Source: Deltaproteobacteria bacterium (GTDB lineage: Bacteria; Myxococcota; Kuafuiibacteriia; Kuafuiibacteriales; Kuafuiibacteriaceae). From it: 64,000 bases of DNA. This document shows, in pieces, positions 19,719 to 37,249 of this stretch. The translations under genes and the position numbers were made by a program. The stretch spans positions 128,001-192,000 of the forward strand of contig JAVJQW010000006.1 in assembly GCA_040218735.1 (NCBI GenBank), given 5' to 3'. Position 1 is the first letter of the stretch, and every line of letters starts with the position of its first letter. The notes beneath the pieces are model-generated. The model saw nothing but the letters and a program-made list of their open reading frames with translations, made no database searches and was not told the DNA's origin.

Positions 19719-21063
19719 GGGAACCGAACTCGCCGAGGGTGAGGAAGAGGTACAGACCGAGCGCGTACGCCGCGCCGCGCACGGGGGCGGGGAGGTCGCG
19801 GCCCTTCGCGATGCGTCGTGCGATCGCGACGACGAGGAGCGGTGCGACGCAGACCAGCGTCCAGCGCAGGTAGAGCAGCTGCGGGTCGTAGGTGACGAAG
19901 AAGTCCGAGGTGAAGCGCTCGATTTTGTGCACGAGGTCGCCGAGGTCGTTCGCGCGGAAGATCAGCCACCCCATACAGGTGAGCTGGAAGAAGAGGGCGA
20001 CGCGGAGCTCGCGCGAGATCTTCGCCCACGCGTGGGCGAACGCTTCCACGCGGAACAGCGCGAGGAGCACGCCGTGGAACGCGCCCCACAGAACGAACTT
20101 CCAGGACGCGCCGTGCCACAGGCCGCCGAGGAGCATCGTCAGCATGAGGTTCCTCGCGGTGTGGCCGGTGCGGTTGCCGCCGAGCTCGATGTACAGGTAG
20201 TCGCGCAGCCAGGTGGAGAGGCTGATGTGCCAGCGTCACCAGAAGTCGCTGGGGTCGGTCGCGAGGTAGGGGCCGTCGAAGTTCTTGCGGAGGTCGAAGC
20301 CGAGGATCCGCGCGCAGCCGATCGCGATGTTCGAGTACCCCGCGAAGTCGCCGAGGATCTGGAACGCAAACGCGTAGACGCCGACGGCGATCACCCAGCC
20401 GCCGACGTCGGCGGCGGGATCGAAGATCGGGTCGACGACGTGCACCGCGAGGTTGTCCGCCACGACGCACTTCTGGATGAGACCCCACAGCACCAAACGA
20501 AGCCCGGACTCCAGCGCGCGTGGATCGAAGCGGCGAAGGGAGGTGATCTGCGGGAGCAGGTGCGTCGCGCGCTCGATGGGGCCGGCGACGAGCTGCGGGA
20601 AGAAGGCGACGTACAGCGCGAAGTCGAGGAGGCTTCGCGTGGGCGGGAGTCGACCGCGGTAGACGTCGATCGAGTAGCTCATCGTCTGGAACGTGTAGAA
20701 CGAGATCCCCACCGGCACGGCGATCTCGAGGAACGGTCCGCGGATCCCGAGAGGCGCGAGGCTGCCGAGGAAGAAGTCGTAGTACTTGAAGACGCCGAGG
20801 AGCCCGAGGTTGGTCGCGACGCTCACGGTGACGGCGAGGCGCGCGCGCGTCGTGCCGCGGTGGCGCTCGATCGTGAGCGCCGCGAAGTAGTCCACGAGCG
20901 TGGACCCGACGATCAGGGTGAGGAAGCGGACGTCCCACGCGCCGTAGAAGACGTAGCTCGCGGCGAGGAGCAGAGCGTTGCGCACCGGAACGCGGCGGAG
21001 CGCCCACGTCGCCGGGGCGACGAGGACGAAGAAGACGAAGAACTCGAGCGTATTGAACAGCAA
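19693..21063 (-). pseudogene. MBOAT O-acyltransferase (AlgI/DltB family) interrupted by in-frame TGA at 20236-20238
   Basis: LLFNTLEF start, [57 protein letters not shown] end; both halves in the same frame. Confidence 0.8.
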
Positions 21064-21082
21064 GCGTTCAGCCGCCGAGCCT

Positions 21083-21370
21083 TCAGTCGTCGTAGGTGGT
21101 GCGTCGGCGTTTGTTCCGCTGAATGTGCGCCCAGGCGGCGGCCGTGTGCATCGCCGCGAACAGGCCGCAGATCCCGAGGAAGAGCCACTGCGGGAACGGG
21201 GTGCCGGGGAGCCCGACCGAGTGCCCCTGGTCGTAGCCATACGAGCCGACGATGGCGACGATGGTCCAGAAGACCACGGAGAGGACCGCGCCCGCCACGC
21301 GGTTGAACTGCGAGACACCGATGACGACGATGATGCCGACCATCATGGCGACGGGCAGGCTGACGAACAT
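21083..21370 (-). CDS. Small membrane protein (about 3 TM)
   Basis: About 95 aa, hydrophobic segments, basic C-tail; GAGGGA upstream; alternative start GTG 21379. Confidence 0.6.
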   Translation of the reverse strand: MFVSLPVAMMVGIIVVIGVSQFNRVAGAVLSVVFWTIVAIVGSYGYDQGHSVGLPGTPFPQWLFLGICGLFAAMHTAAAWAHIQRNKRRRTTYDD

Positions 21371-21437
21371 CTCGTCCACGTTCCCTCGACTATCACGGTC
21401 GACCCGGACCCCCAAGCTCCCGTAGACTCCCACCGCT

Positions 21438-22193
21438 TTGACGGAGCGACTGATCGGACACGCCCCACCGAAGGAGCCGCGCGAGCGGCTGATCTTCGCG
21501 CTGGATGTCGACCACATCGACGAAGCGGAGCGGCTGGTGAAGGCCCTCGCGCCCCACGTGGGGATGTTCAAGGTCGGGCCGCGGCTGTTCACCTCGGCGG
21601 GATCGCTGGTGATGGATCTCGTCCACGGGATGGGCTCCAGCGTGTTCTTGGACCTGAAGTTTCACGACATCCCGGCGTCGGTCGCGGGTGCGGCGCGCGA
21701 GGTTGCGCGGCTGCGGACGAAGATGTTCACGGTCCACGGGTTGGGCGGGACGAAGATGATCGAGGCGGTGCTGCGCGAGCTGTCGCAGATGACGCTGATC
21801 CCCGGGCTGCCGCCGCCGATCGTGCTCGGCGTGACGATCCTGACCAGCCACGACCAGGCGAGCGTCGAGGCGCTCGGCTTCGAGCGGCCGATCTCGGAGC
21901 TCGCGATGCGGCTCGCGAAGGTCAGCGTCGAGGGCGGCGCGGGCGGGATCGTGGCGAGCGGCCACGAGGTCGCGGCGCTGAAGGCGGCGCTGCCGGAGGG
22001 CACGGTGTTCGTCGTCCCGGGCATCCGCTCGGCGAGTGACGAGGTGCAGGATCAGTCGCGGGTGATGACCGCTCGGCAGGCGGTCGAGGCGGGCGCGACG
22101 TACGTCGTTGTGGGGCGGCCGATCCGCCTCGCGAAGGACCCGGCGGCGGCGGCCGACCGGATCGTCGAAGACATCGCGCAGGCGAACGTATGA
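21438..22193 (+). CDS. pyrF: Orotidine-5'-phosphate decarboxylase
   Basis: LIFALD, FKVG, FLDLKFHDIP, VTILTS, PGIR, VVGRPI. Confidence 0.97.
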   Translation: MTERLIGHAPPKEPRERLIFALDVDHIDEAERLVKALAPHVGMFKVGPRLFTSAGSLVMDLVHGMGSSVFLDLKFHDIPASVAGAAREVARLRTKMFTVHGLGGTKMIEAVLRELSQMTLIPGLPPPIVLGVTILTSHDQASVEALGFERPISELAMRLAKVSVEGGAGGIVASGHEVAALKAALPEGTVFVVPGIRSASDEVQDQSRVMTARQAVEAGATYVVVGRPIRLAKDPAAAADRIVEDIAQANV

Positions 22194-22927
22194 GCTCCCC
22201 GCGCGTCATCTTCGGCGTGAACCCGGTGCTCGAGGCGATCAAGTCCGGGCGGCGGGTCGACCGCGTGTGGCTCGCGCGTTCCGCGGGCGGGGCGACGAAC
22301 CGGATCAAGAGCGCCGCGAAGAAGGCGAACGTCCCGGTGTCGGTGGTGCCCAAGGAGGAGATCGATCGACGGGCGTCGGGTGGTGTGCACCAGGGCGTCG
22401 TGGCGTCGGTGGATCCGAGCGACATGGAGCCGGTGGACGTGGACGGGATCTGCGACCACGCGGAGTCGCTCGGGGAGGCGCCGCTGGTCGTGCTCCTGGA
22501 CGGGATCGAGGATCCGCAGAACCTCGGCGCGATCATCCGGAGCGCCTATGCGCTTGGCGCGCACGGCGTCGTGCTGCCGAAGAACCGCGCCGCCGGGATC
22601 ACCCCCGCGGTGGTGCGGGCGTCGGCGGGCGCGACGATGCACGTGCCGATCGCTCGGGTCACGAACCTCAAACACGCGCTCGAGGATCTGTCGCGTCGCA
22701 ACGTCTGGTCGGCGGCGGCGGTCCTCGGGGGGACGCCGGCGCACGAGGCCCGCCTGGACGGCGGGTTGGCGCTGGTGATCGGGAGTGAGTCGAAGGGGGT
22801 GAAGCCGAGCCTGGCGAAGGCTTGCGACATGCAGATCACCATCCCGCTCGGCGCCGATTTCGACAGTCTGAACGCGTCCGTGGCGGCCGGGATCCTTTTG
22901 TACGAGGCGCGGCGTCAGCGCGCTTGA
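22190..22927 (+). CDS. rlmB: 23S rRNA (G2251-2'-O)-methyltransferase, TrmH family
   Basis: HQGVVA, LDGIEDPQNLGAIIRSA, GSESKG, SLNASVAAGILLYE. Confidence 0.92.
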   Translation: MSSPRVIFGVNPVLEAIKSGRRVDRVWLARSAGGATNRIKSAAKKANVPVSVVPKEEIDRRASGGVHQGVVASVDPSDMEPVDVDGICDHAESLGEAPLVVLLDGIEDPQNLGAIIRSAYALGAHGVVLPKNRAAGITPAVVRASAGATMHVPIARVTNLKHALEDLSRRNVWSAAAVLGGTPAHEARLDGGLALVIGSESKGVKPSLAKACDMQITIPLGADFDSLNASVAAGILLYEARRQRA

Positions 22928-22952
22928 CAGTGCGCCTCAATCCCTCTAATGA
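22924..22952 (+). promoter_or_regulatory. Putative sigma70 promoter for tRNA operon
   Basis: TTGACA at 22924-22929; TAATGA 17 nt later (or TCTAAT at 15 nt), an imperfect -10. Confidence 0.45.
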
Positions 22953-23008
22953 CCACAGTCCCTCATCCCGGGGGTCGTTTTCGGGCGTCGGGAGACTGGG
23001 GGGCTCGC

Positions 23009-23081
23009 GCTGGCGTAGCTCAATCGGTAGAGCAGCTGCTTTGTAAGCAGCGGGTTGTTGGTTCGAGTCCGATCGCCAGCT
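23009..23081 (+). tRNA. tRNA-Thr(TGT)
   Basis: Acceptor GCTGGCG/CGCCAGC, anticodon stem GCTGC-TTTGTAA-GCAGC, GTTCGAGTCC T-arm. Confidence 0.95.
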
Positions 23082-23118
23082 TTCCAAGAGATTGCTAGCG
23101 GTTACGAAAACTTAGCTC

Positions 23119-23200
23119 GGAGGGATGCCCGAGTGGCCAAAGGGACCAGGCTGTAAACCTGGCGGCTTCGCCTTCGAAGGTTCGAATCCTTCTCCCTCCA
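23119..23200 (+). tRNA. tRNA-Tyr(GTA)
   Basis: GGAGGGA/TCCCTCC acceptor, CCAGG-CTGTAAA-CCTGG, long variable arm, GTTCGAATCC. Confidence 0.95.
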
Positions 23201-23265
23201 TCGAACGTCGCCGTACCGACGGCGGCGCTCGGTTCTTTGAACACGATGGTTGTTACGTGCGGTAC

Positions 23266-23338
23266 GCGGGAGTAACTCAGTTGGTAGAGTGCCAGCCTTC
23301 CAAGCTGGATGTCGCGAGTTCGAACCTCGTCTCCCGCT
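23266..23338 (+). tRNA. tRNA-Gly(TCC)
   Basis: GCGGGAG/CTCCCGC, CCAGC-CTTCCAA-GCTGG, GTTCGAACC. Confidence 0.95.
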
Positions 23339-23343
23339 CGTCC

Positions 23344-23416
<73 letters not shown>

Positions 23417-23517
23417 TGTTTTTCCTTGGCAGTCGCACCCTGGATCGACTAGACAACGCCGGTTTTGGGGATCGCCCGCTGGCGGCGACCCAGGGGGCGG
23501 CACGAGGGGTGAACAGT

Positions 23518-23591
23518 AGGGCAGTAGCTCCAATTGGTAGAGCGGCGGTTTCCAAAACCGCATGTTGGGGGTTCGAATCCCTCCTGCCCTG
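23518..23591 (+). tRNA. tRNA-Trp(CCA)
   Basis: AGGGCAG/CTGCCCT, GCGGT-TTCCAAA-ACCGC, GTTCGAATCC; directly upstream of secE as usual. Confidence 0.95.
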
Positions 23592-23638
23592 TACGGTGTC
23601 GCCCTCCAACCATCCTGCGAAGACGCTCGGAGACCACG

Positions 23639-24022
23639 GTGCAAGGTAACCAACGCTACGTCATCTTCTCGTTCCTCGCGGCCGGCGGCCTGCTGTGGGC
23701 GACGTTCGCCAAGATCTTCGGCGCGATCGCTTACGCGGCGGACCTCCCGGATGCGGCGATCCTCGGCAACCAGTTCACGGTCAGCACGCTGCTCGGCATG
23801 GTCGTCGGCGTGGGCGCCGTGATCTTCGGCCTCAAACATTCTCAAACGTTCTCGTTCTCGGAGCAGGTGGTCGCGGAGCTGCGCAAAGTGACGTGGCCCG
23901 ACCGTAAGGAGACGCAGACGGCGACGGTGGTCGTCATCGTCACCACCCTGATCATCGCGGCCATCCTCGGCGTGTTCGATCTCGTGTGGGCCAAGATCAC
24001 CGGCCTCATCTACTCCGCGTGA
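23639..24022 (+). CDS. secE: Preprotein translocase subunit SecE
   Basis: [13 protein letters not shown] motif + TM; GGAGA RBS; position between tRNA-Trp and nusG. Confidence 0.93.
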   Translation: MQGNQRYVIFSFLAAGGLLWATFAKIFGAIAYAADLPDAAILGNQFTVSTLLGMVVGVGAVIFGLKHSQTFSFSEQVVAELRKVTWPDRKETQTATVVVIVTTLIIAAILGVFDLVWAKITGLIYSA

Positions 24023-24036
24023 AGGACGGCAAGCTC

Positions 24037-24744
24037 GTGATCGAAGAAGAGACCCAGGAAGAAACGGAAAGCCCCGCGGTCGAGGAGACCCCCGAGGAGG
24101 CGCCTGCAGAGGCGGCCGAAGCGGCGGCGTCCGAGCCCGAGGCGGCCGAAGCGCCCGCGGACGCGTCCGAAGCGCCGGCCGAGCCGGAGAAGCCGAAGAA
24201 CACCAACCCGAAGATGAAGTGGTACGTGGTGAACACGTACTCGGGTTTCGAGATGCGGGCCCAAAAGAGCCTGCAGGAGCGGGTGAAGCTCGAGGGGCTC
24301 GACGAGTTCTTCGGGGAGATCCTGGTCCCGGCGCAGAACGTCGTCGAGCTGATGGGCGGGACCAAGCGCACCAGCAAGCGGAAGTTCTTCCCGGGTTACA
24401 TGCTCGTGGAGATGGAGCTGACGGACCACACCTGGCACCTGGTGAAGTCCACGCCGAAGATCACCGGCTTCGTCGGCAACCAGCAAAAGCCCATGCCCTT
24501 GCGCAAGAAAGAGGTCGAGCGCCTCACGCAGCAGGTCAGCCAGGGTGAAGTCGCCGTGAAACCGAAGATCGTCTACGAGGAGGGCGAGACCGTCCGCGTG
24601 ATCGACGGGCCCTTCGCGAGCTTCAACGGCACGATCGAAGAGGTGAAGGAGGAGAAGCAGAAGCTTCGCGTCCTCGTCTCCATCTTCGGCCGCTCCACTC
24701 CGGTGGAGCTGGACTTCACGCAGGTCGAGAAGACGGCGGGCTGA
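24037..24744 (+). CDS. nusG: Transcription termination/antitermination factor NusG with acidic N-terminal extension
   Basis: [37 protein letters not shown]; start GTG 24037 (alternative 24019). Confidence 0.96.
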   Translation: MIEEETQEETESPAVEETPEEAPAEAAEAAASEPEAAEAPADASEAPAEPEKPKNTNPKMKWYVVNTYSGFEMRAQKSLQERVKLEGLDEFFGEILVPAQNVVELMGGTKRTSKRKFFPGYMLVEMELTDHTWHLVKSTPKITGFVGNQQKPMPLRKKEVERLTQQVSQGEVAVKPKIVYEEGETVRVIDGPFASFNGTIEEVKEEKQKLRVLVSIFGRSTPVELDFTQVEKTAG

Positions 24745-24760
24745 GGCGTGCGGGGGCGTC

Positions 24761-25066
24761 GTGGTGGCTGGGGACAAGGTGGCGCCGCTGGCGCCCGGCT
24801 CCGATGTCGCGGCGCTGGCCGCTGACCTCCGGCAGACCCTCGACGCGCTGAAGGGGATCGACCAACGCCTGGGCCGCGTCGAGCGGAGCCTGGGCGAACA
24901 CACCGAGATGCTCTCGAAGCTGCGGACGGTCGTCGACCGCCTCGAAGGGGCGATGGCGACCAAGAAGCAGATGAAAAAACTGAAGAAAGTGCTCGATCAA
25001 CTCGACGTGATCGAGATACCCGACGACGCTCCGCTGCTCGAGGGGGCTTCGGAGAACAGAGACTAA
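24761..25066 (+). CDS. Hypothetical coiled-coil protein inserted between nusG and rplK
   Basis: 101-aa ORF fills the gap; heptad pattern; stop 3 nt before rplK. Confidence 0.55.
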   Translation: MVAGDKVAPLAPGSDVAALAADLRQTLDALKGIDQRLGRVERSLGEHTEMLSKLRTVVDRLEGAMATKKQMKKLKKVLDQLDVIEIPDDAPLLEGASENRD

Positions 25067-25069
25067 GCC

Positions 25070-25522
25070 ATGGCGAAGAAGATTCTTGCCCAGATCAAGC
25101 TGCAGGTGCCGGCCGGCAAGGCCAACCCGGCCCCGCCCGTAGGCCCCGCGCTCGGCCAGCACGGCGTCAACATCATGGACTTCTGCAAGAAGTTCAACGC
25201 GGTGACGCAGGAGCAGATGAAGGACAACCTGATCATCCCCGTGGTGATCACGGTCTACGCCGACCGCTCCTTCTCGTTCATCACCAAGTCGCCGCCGGCG
25301 TCGGTGCTGATCAAGAAGGCGATCGGGCTGCACCTGAACAAGAAGCCCGCGTCCGGCTCGCGTGAGCCCGGCAAGGTGAAGGTCGGCAAGATCACCGTGT
25401 CGCAGTGCGAAGCGATCGCCGAGATGAAGATGAACGACCTGAACGCCAACGACAAAGTGGCGGGCGGGCGCATCATCGCCGGCACCGCGCGCTCGATGGG
25501 CATCGACGTCATCCCCGGGTGA
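25070..25522 (+). CDS. rplK: 50S ribosomal protein L11
   Basis: [39 protein letters not shown]. Confidence 0.98.
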   Translation: MAKKILAQIKLQVPAGKANPAPPVGPALGQHGVNIMDFCKKFNAVTQEQMKDNLIIPVVITVYADRSFSFITKSPPASVLIKKAIGLHLNKKPASGSREPGKVKVGKITVSQCEAIAEMKMNDLNANDKVAGGRIIAGTARSMGIDVIPG

Positions 25523-25605
25523 CGTTGTCGCGTCGCGTCTCGTCAGGGGCGCGCGTGTTCCATTGGGTGTAATCCACTCACGATAACGCTCTTCGGAGCA
25601 CACCG

Positions 25606-25646
25606 GCAGGAGGTGCGGGTCATCGGGGCTCGGCCGTTTGCACTGC
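25606..25646 (+). promoter_or_regulatory. Putative L1-binding leader upstream of rplA
   Basis: GCAG-GAGG...ACTGC hairpin immediately before the rplA RBS, resembling L1 autoregulatory sites. Confidence 0.45.
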
Positions 25647-25659
25647 GGGAGGATTGAAG

Positions 25660-26355
25660 ATGAAGAAGTTCGGAAAGAAGTACCGAAAAGTCGCCGAGCT
25701 CGTGGAGCAGGGGAAGAAGTACTCCGTCGCGGAGGCGTGTGATCTGGTGAAGCAGACCGCAACCGCGAAGTTCGACGAGACCATCGAGGTCGCCGTGAAG
25801 CTCGGCGTCGACCCGCGTCACGCGGACCAGATGATCCGCGGCGCCGTGGTCCTCCCCGGAGGCACCGGCAAGACGCAGCGCGTGGCGGTGTTCTGCCGCG
25901 GCGAGAACCAGCAGGCGGCGAAGGACGCGGGCGCGGACTTCGTCGGTGCGGAGGATCTGGTCGAGCAGGTCCAGGGCGGCTTCATGGACTTCGACGTCGT
26001 CGTCGCCTCGCCGGACATGATGGCGCTCGTCGGCCGCCTCGGCCGAGTGCTTGGCCCGCGCGGCCTGATGCCGAACCCGAAGACGGGCACGGTGACGCCG
26101 GACGTCGCGAAGGCCGTCTCGGACGCGAAGGGTGGCAAGATCGAGTACCGCACGGAGCGCACCGGCATCGTGCACGCGCCGATCGGCAAGGCGTCGTTCG
26201 AGCCGACCGCGCTCGCGCAGAACCTGACGACGGTGATCGACGCGCTGAACCGCGCGAAGCCGTCCTCGGCGAAGGGTACGTACATGCAGTCGGTGACCAT
26301 CGCTTGCACGATGGGCCCCGGGATCCGCGTGGATCCGGGATCGACCGAGGCGTGA
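25660..26355 (+). CDS. rplA: 50S ribosomal protein L1
   Basis: [29 protein letters not shown]; GGGAGG RBS. Confidence 0.98.
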   Translation: MKKFGKKYRKVAELVEQGKKYSVAEACDLVKQTATAKFDETIEVAVKLGVDPRHADQMIRGAVVLPGGTGKTQRVAVFCRGENQQAAKDAGADFVGAEDLVEQVQGGFMDFDVVVASPDMMALVGRLGRVLGPRGLMPNPKTGTVTPDVAKAVSDAKGGKIEYRTERTGIVHAPIGKASFEPTALAQNLTTVIDALNRAKPSSAKGTYMQSVTIACTMGPGIRVDPGSTEA

Positions 26356-26364
26356 GGCGACCCG

Positions 26365-26490
26365 GCAGCTCGCAGTGAGCAGCTGGCAGCAGGAGGAGCG
26401 AGGCGAACGATCGAGATTCAGTGAGCGGCGATGGCAGTGAGGCCCCGATGGGGATCCGACTGCGAGCTGCAGACTGAGAGCTAAGAGCTC
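26365..26490. repeat. Inverted heptamer-repeat element between rplA and L10 leader
   Basis: gcagctc gcagtga gcagctg gcagcag ... actgcga gctgcag actgaga gctaaga; 26365-26376 is the exact reverse complement of 26459-26470. Confidence 0.7.
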
Positions 26491-26570
26491 ATCCGAGACA
26501 GCGGGTGGTGCTTCGGCGCCTTAATGATGCCCGCCGAGATGGGGCGCGATGCTTCCGAGCCCGTCGGAGC
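26487..26570 (+). ncRNA. L10 leader (rplJ autoregulatory RNA)
   Basis: CCGAGACAGCGGG...TTAA...CCCGCCGAG pattern with closing GCTCATC/GATGGGGC, upstream of rplJ. Confidence 0.75.
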
Positions 26571-26626
26571 GTTGGCGCCACTTGGATGGCGGAAACGACA
26601 ACCGACGGGAAGGAGGTGAATGACTC

Positions 26627-27160
26627 ATGCCCATGACTCGCCAGGCCAAAGAGGCCATGGTGGCGGACCTCGCGGACAAGTTCTCGCGAGCGAAGTCTGC
26701 GTTGGTCGCGAACTACACGGGGCTCGACGTCGCTTCGGTGACGGAGATCCGCGCCGCGTATCGCGAGGTCGACGTCGAATACAAGGTCGTGAAGAACACG
26801 CTGGTGAAGCGTGCGCTCGCGGGCACCGCGCTGGAGAAGCTCGGTGAAGCCTTCGTGGGACCGACCGCGGTCGCGTTCAAGTTCGACGACGAGGCAGGCA
26901 AGCTCGGCAAGGCGACCGAGGAGCTTCAGAAGAAGTTCAAGAAGCTCGAGGTCAAGGCCGGCTACATCGAGGAGGATCTCCTCGAAGGGGACATCGTTGG
27001 AACGATGGCCAAGGTGCCGACCCTCGACGAGGCCCGCGCTCAGCTGCTCGGCTTGCTGAACACCCCGGCGTCCAAGCTGCTCGCGCAGATCAATGCGCCG
27101 GCGCAGCAGGTCGCTGGTGTCATCCAGGCCAAGAAGCAGAAGGACGAGGAGAGCGCTTAG
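26627..27160 (+). CDS. rplJ: 50S ribosomal protein L10
   Basis: YTGLDV, VVKNTL, GPTAVAF; AAGGAGG RBS. Confidence 0.96.
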   Translation: MPMTRQAKEAMVADLADKFSRAKSALVANYTGLDVASVTEIRAAYREVDVEYKVVKNTLVKRALAGTALEKLGEAFVGPTAVAFKFDDEAGKLGKATEELQKKFKKLEVKAGYIEEDLLEGDIVGTMAKVPTLDEARAQLLGLLNTPASKLLAQINAPAQQVAGVIQAKKQKDEESA

Positions 27161-27226
27161 GCGCCTCTCCACATCAAACTTTCGAAACGATTTGCGGCGC
27201 GATGACGCCGCGCAAGGAGATTGAAA

Positions 27227-27616
27227 ATGGCTGATCTGGAGAAGATTGCTGAAGACCTCGGGTCGCTGACCGTCGTGCAGGCGGCCGACCTCGTGAAGAT
27301 GCTCGAAGAGAAGTGGGGCGTGAAGGCGGCGTCCGGTGGCGGCGCCATCGATCCCGCGATGCTCGCCGCGATGGCGGGTGGCGGCGCGGCCGCGGCCGAG
27401 GAGCAGACGGAGTTCAACGTCATCCTCGCCGAGGTCGGCTCCGAGAAGATCAAGGTCATCAAGGAGGTCCGTGCGATCACCGGCCTGGGTCTCAAGGAGG
27501 CCAAGGAGCTCGTCGACAACGCGCCCAAGCCCGTCAAGGAGGGCGTCGAGAAGGCCGAGGCCGACGAGCTCAAGAAGAAGCTCGAAGAGGCCGGCGCCAA
27601 GGTCGAGATCAAGTAA
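27227..27616 (+). CDS. rplL: 50S ribosomal protein L7/L12
   Basis: [32 protein letters not shown]; AAGGAG RBS. Confidence 0.98.
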   Translation: MADLEKIAEDLGSLTVVQAADLVKMLEEKWGVKAASGGGAIDPAMLAAMAGGGAAAAEEQTEFNVILAEVGSEKIKVIKEVRAITGLGLKEAKELVDNAPKPVKEGVEKAEADELKKKLEEAGAKVEIK

Positions 27617-27739
27617 GCTGGCAGCCCACAGCTCGCAGCTGGCGGCCGGACGCGCGTTCGAGACTCAGGGGATCCTCCGATCTCCTAGGAATGGATCGAC
27701 GAATCCGGCTGTTGGCTGCCCGCTGAAAGCTGTTCGTTG
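27615..27739. repeat. Inverted heptamer-repeat element after rplL
   Basis: aagctgg cagccca cagctcg cagctgg cggccgg ... ccggctg ttggctg cccgctg aaagctg ttcgttg; arms pair using G-U wobbles. Confidence 0.7.
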
Positions 27740-27743
27740 TCGC

Positions 27744-27783
27744 AAGGCGTCGAGGGGATTCCTCGACGCCTTTCGGCGTTTTA
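27744..27783 (+). terminator. Intrinsic terminator/attenuator between rplL and rpoB
   Basis: 12-bp perfect stem AAGGCGTCGAGG/CCTCGACGCCTT followed by T-rich tail. Confidence 0.75.
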
Positions 27784-27997
27784 TATAGGGGTTTCGTCGC
27801 TAGGGTTATTTTGTAACCGATTTTTCCGCTTGACTTCAGAGGTGGGCCCGAACATGTCGGGCACACTTCCCTTCATCCCGGAGCTTGGTGTGTGCCGACC
27901 GAATGGACTTGGCATTGCATTGGCGCCGAGGTGACGGCGGAGCGACACAACGAATGCGCGCGTCGACGGGCGTGCGCGGTCGGGAGTAGAGAGTCCG

Positions 27998-32254
<4,257 letters not shown>

Positions 32255-32307
32255 TCGGATGACCCGACCGTCCTGACTTTTCGTTTCAAAGGTTCAAAGA
32301 GGTAGCT

Positions 32308-36552
<4,245 letters not shown>

Positions 36553-36567
36553 TCGCTGCGCACACCC

Positions 36568-36600
36568 TCGGGGGCCGGTCGACGGCCCCCGACTTTTCCT
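36568..36600 (+). terminator. Intrinsic terminator after rpoC
   Basis: Stem TCGGGGGCCG/CGGCCCCCGA followed by CTTTTCCT. Confidence 0.75.
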
Positions 36601-36608
36601 ACCTCCCC

Positions 36609-36635
36609 CGTCACATTCTTCGTACCCGTCTCGTC
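36609..36635 (+). promoter_or_regulatory. ECF41-type promoter
   Basis: cGTCACA-N16-CGTC matches ECF41 consensus TGTCACA-N16-CGTC (6/7 + 4/4), directly upstream of the azoreductase/ECF41 pair. Confidence 0.8.
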
Positions 36636-36644
36636 TCAGGGGCG

Positions 36645-37247
36645 ATGACGACGCTCCTCAGACTCGACGCCAGCGCCCAAACCCACGGGTCGCGATCGCG
36701 GCAGCTCGCCGACCACTACGAAGCGCGCTGGCGGCAGCGCCACGCCGACGGCACGGTGATCACCCGCAATCTCGTCGCCGATCCGGTTCCGCACCTCGAG
36801 GCGGAGACGGTCGCGGTGTTCTATGCCGGCGGATCGACCGACAGGAACCCGCCGCCGCCGGGGATCGCGGTGTCGGACATGCTCATCGAAGAGCTCGAGC
36901 GCGCCGATCACGTCGTTGTGAGCAGCGCGATCTACAACTTCTCGCTGCCCTCGGCGCTCAAGGCGTGGATCGACCACGTCGTTCGCTTCGGCCGGACCAT
37001 CGCGTACCGACCCGAGGGGCCGGTGGGGCTCCTCACCGGTCGACGCGCCTGCTTCCTCACCGCGCGCGGCGGCACGCCGCAGACCAGCCCGAGTTATGCT
37101 GAGCCGGTGGTGCGGGCCGTCTTCGACTACATCGGCTTCGAGCGCTTCGACTGGGTTTCGCTCGAGGGCACCCGCGTCCCGGACGGCGGGCTCGACGATC
37201 GCATCGCGAGCGCCCACGCGGCGATCGATGCGCTCATCGCCGGCTGA
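36645..37247 (+). CDS. azoR: FMN-dependent NADH-azoreductase (flavodoxin-2 fold)
   Basis: LLRLDAS...SRSRQLAD, IYNFSLPSALKAWIDHV, GLL.G, ARGG. Confidence 0.88.
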   Translation: MTTLLRLDASAQTHGSRSRQLADHYEARWRQRHADGTVITRNLVADPVPHLEAETVAVFYAGGSTDRNPPPPGIAVSDMLIEELERADHVVVSSAIYNFSLPSALKAWIDHVVRFGRTIAYRPEGPVGLLTGRRACFLTARGGTPQTSPSYAEPVVRAVFDYIGFERFDWVSLEGTRVPDGGLDDRIASAHAAIDALIAG

Positions 37248-37249
37248 TC

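Noticed and set aside
20236-20238. Selenocysteine or alternative genetic code explanation for the MBOAT TGA
   Set aside because: Position is a conserved Arg, not Cys or Trp; no convincing SECIS; TGA is a normal stop in many genes here
26365-27739. CRISPR array interpretation of the heptamer arrays (also considered for the 54.3 kb repeat)
   Set aside because: No constant 23-47 nt repeats with unique spacers; no cas genes in the window
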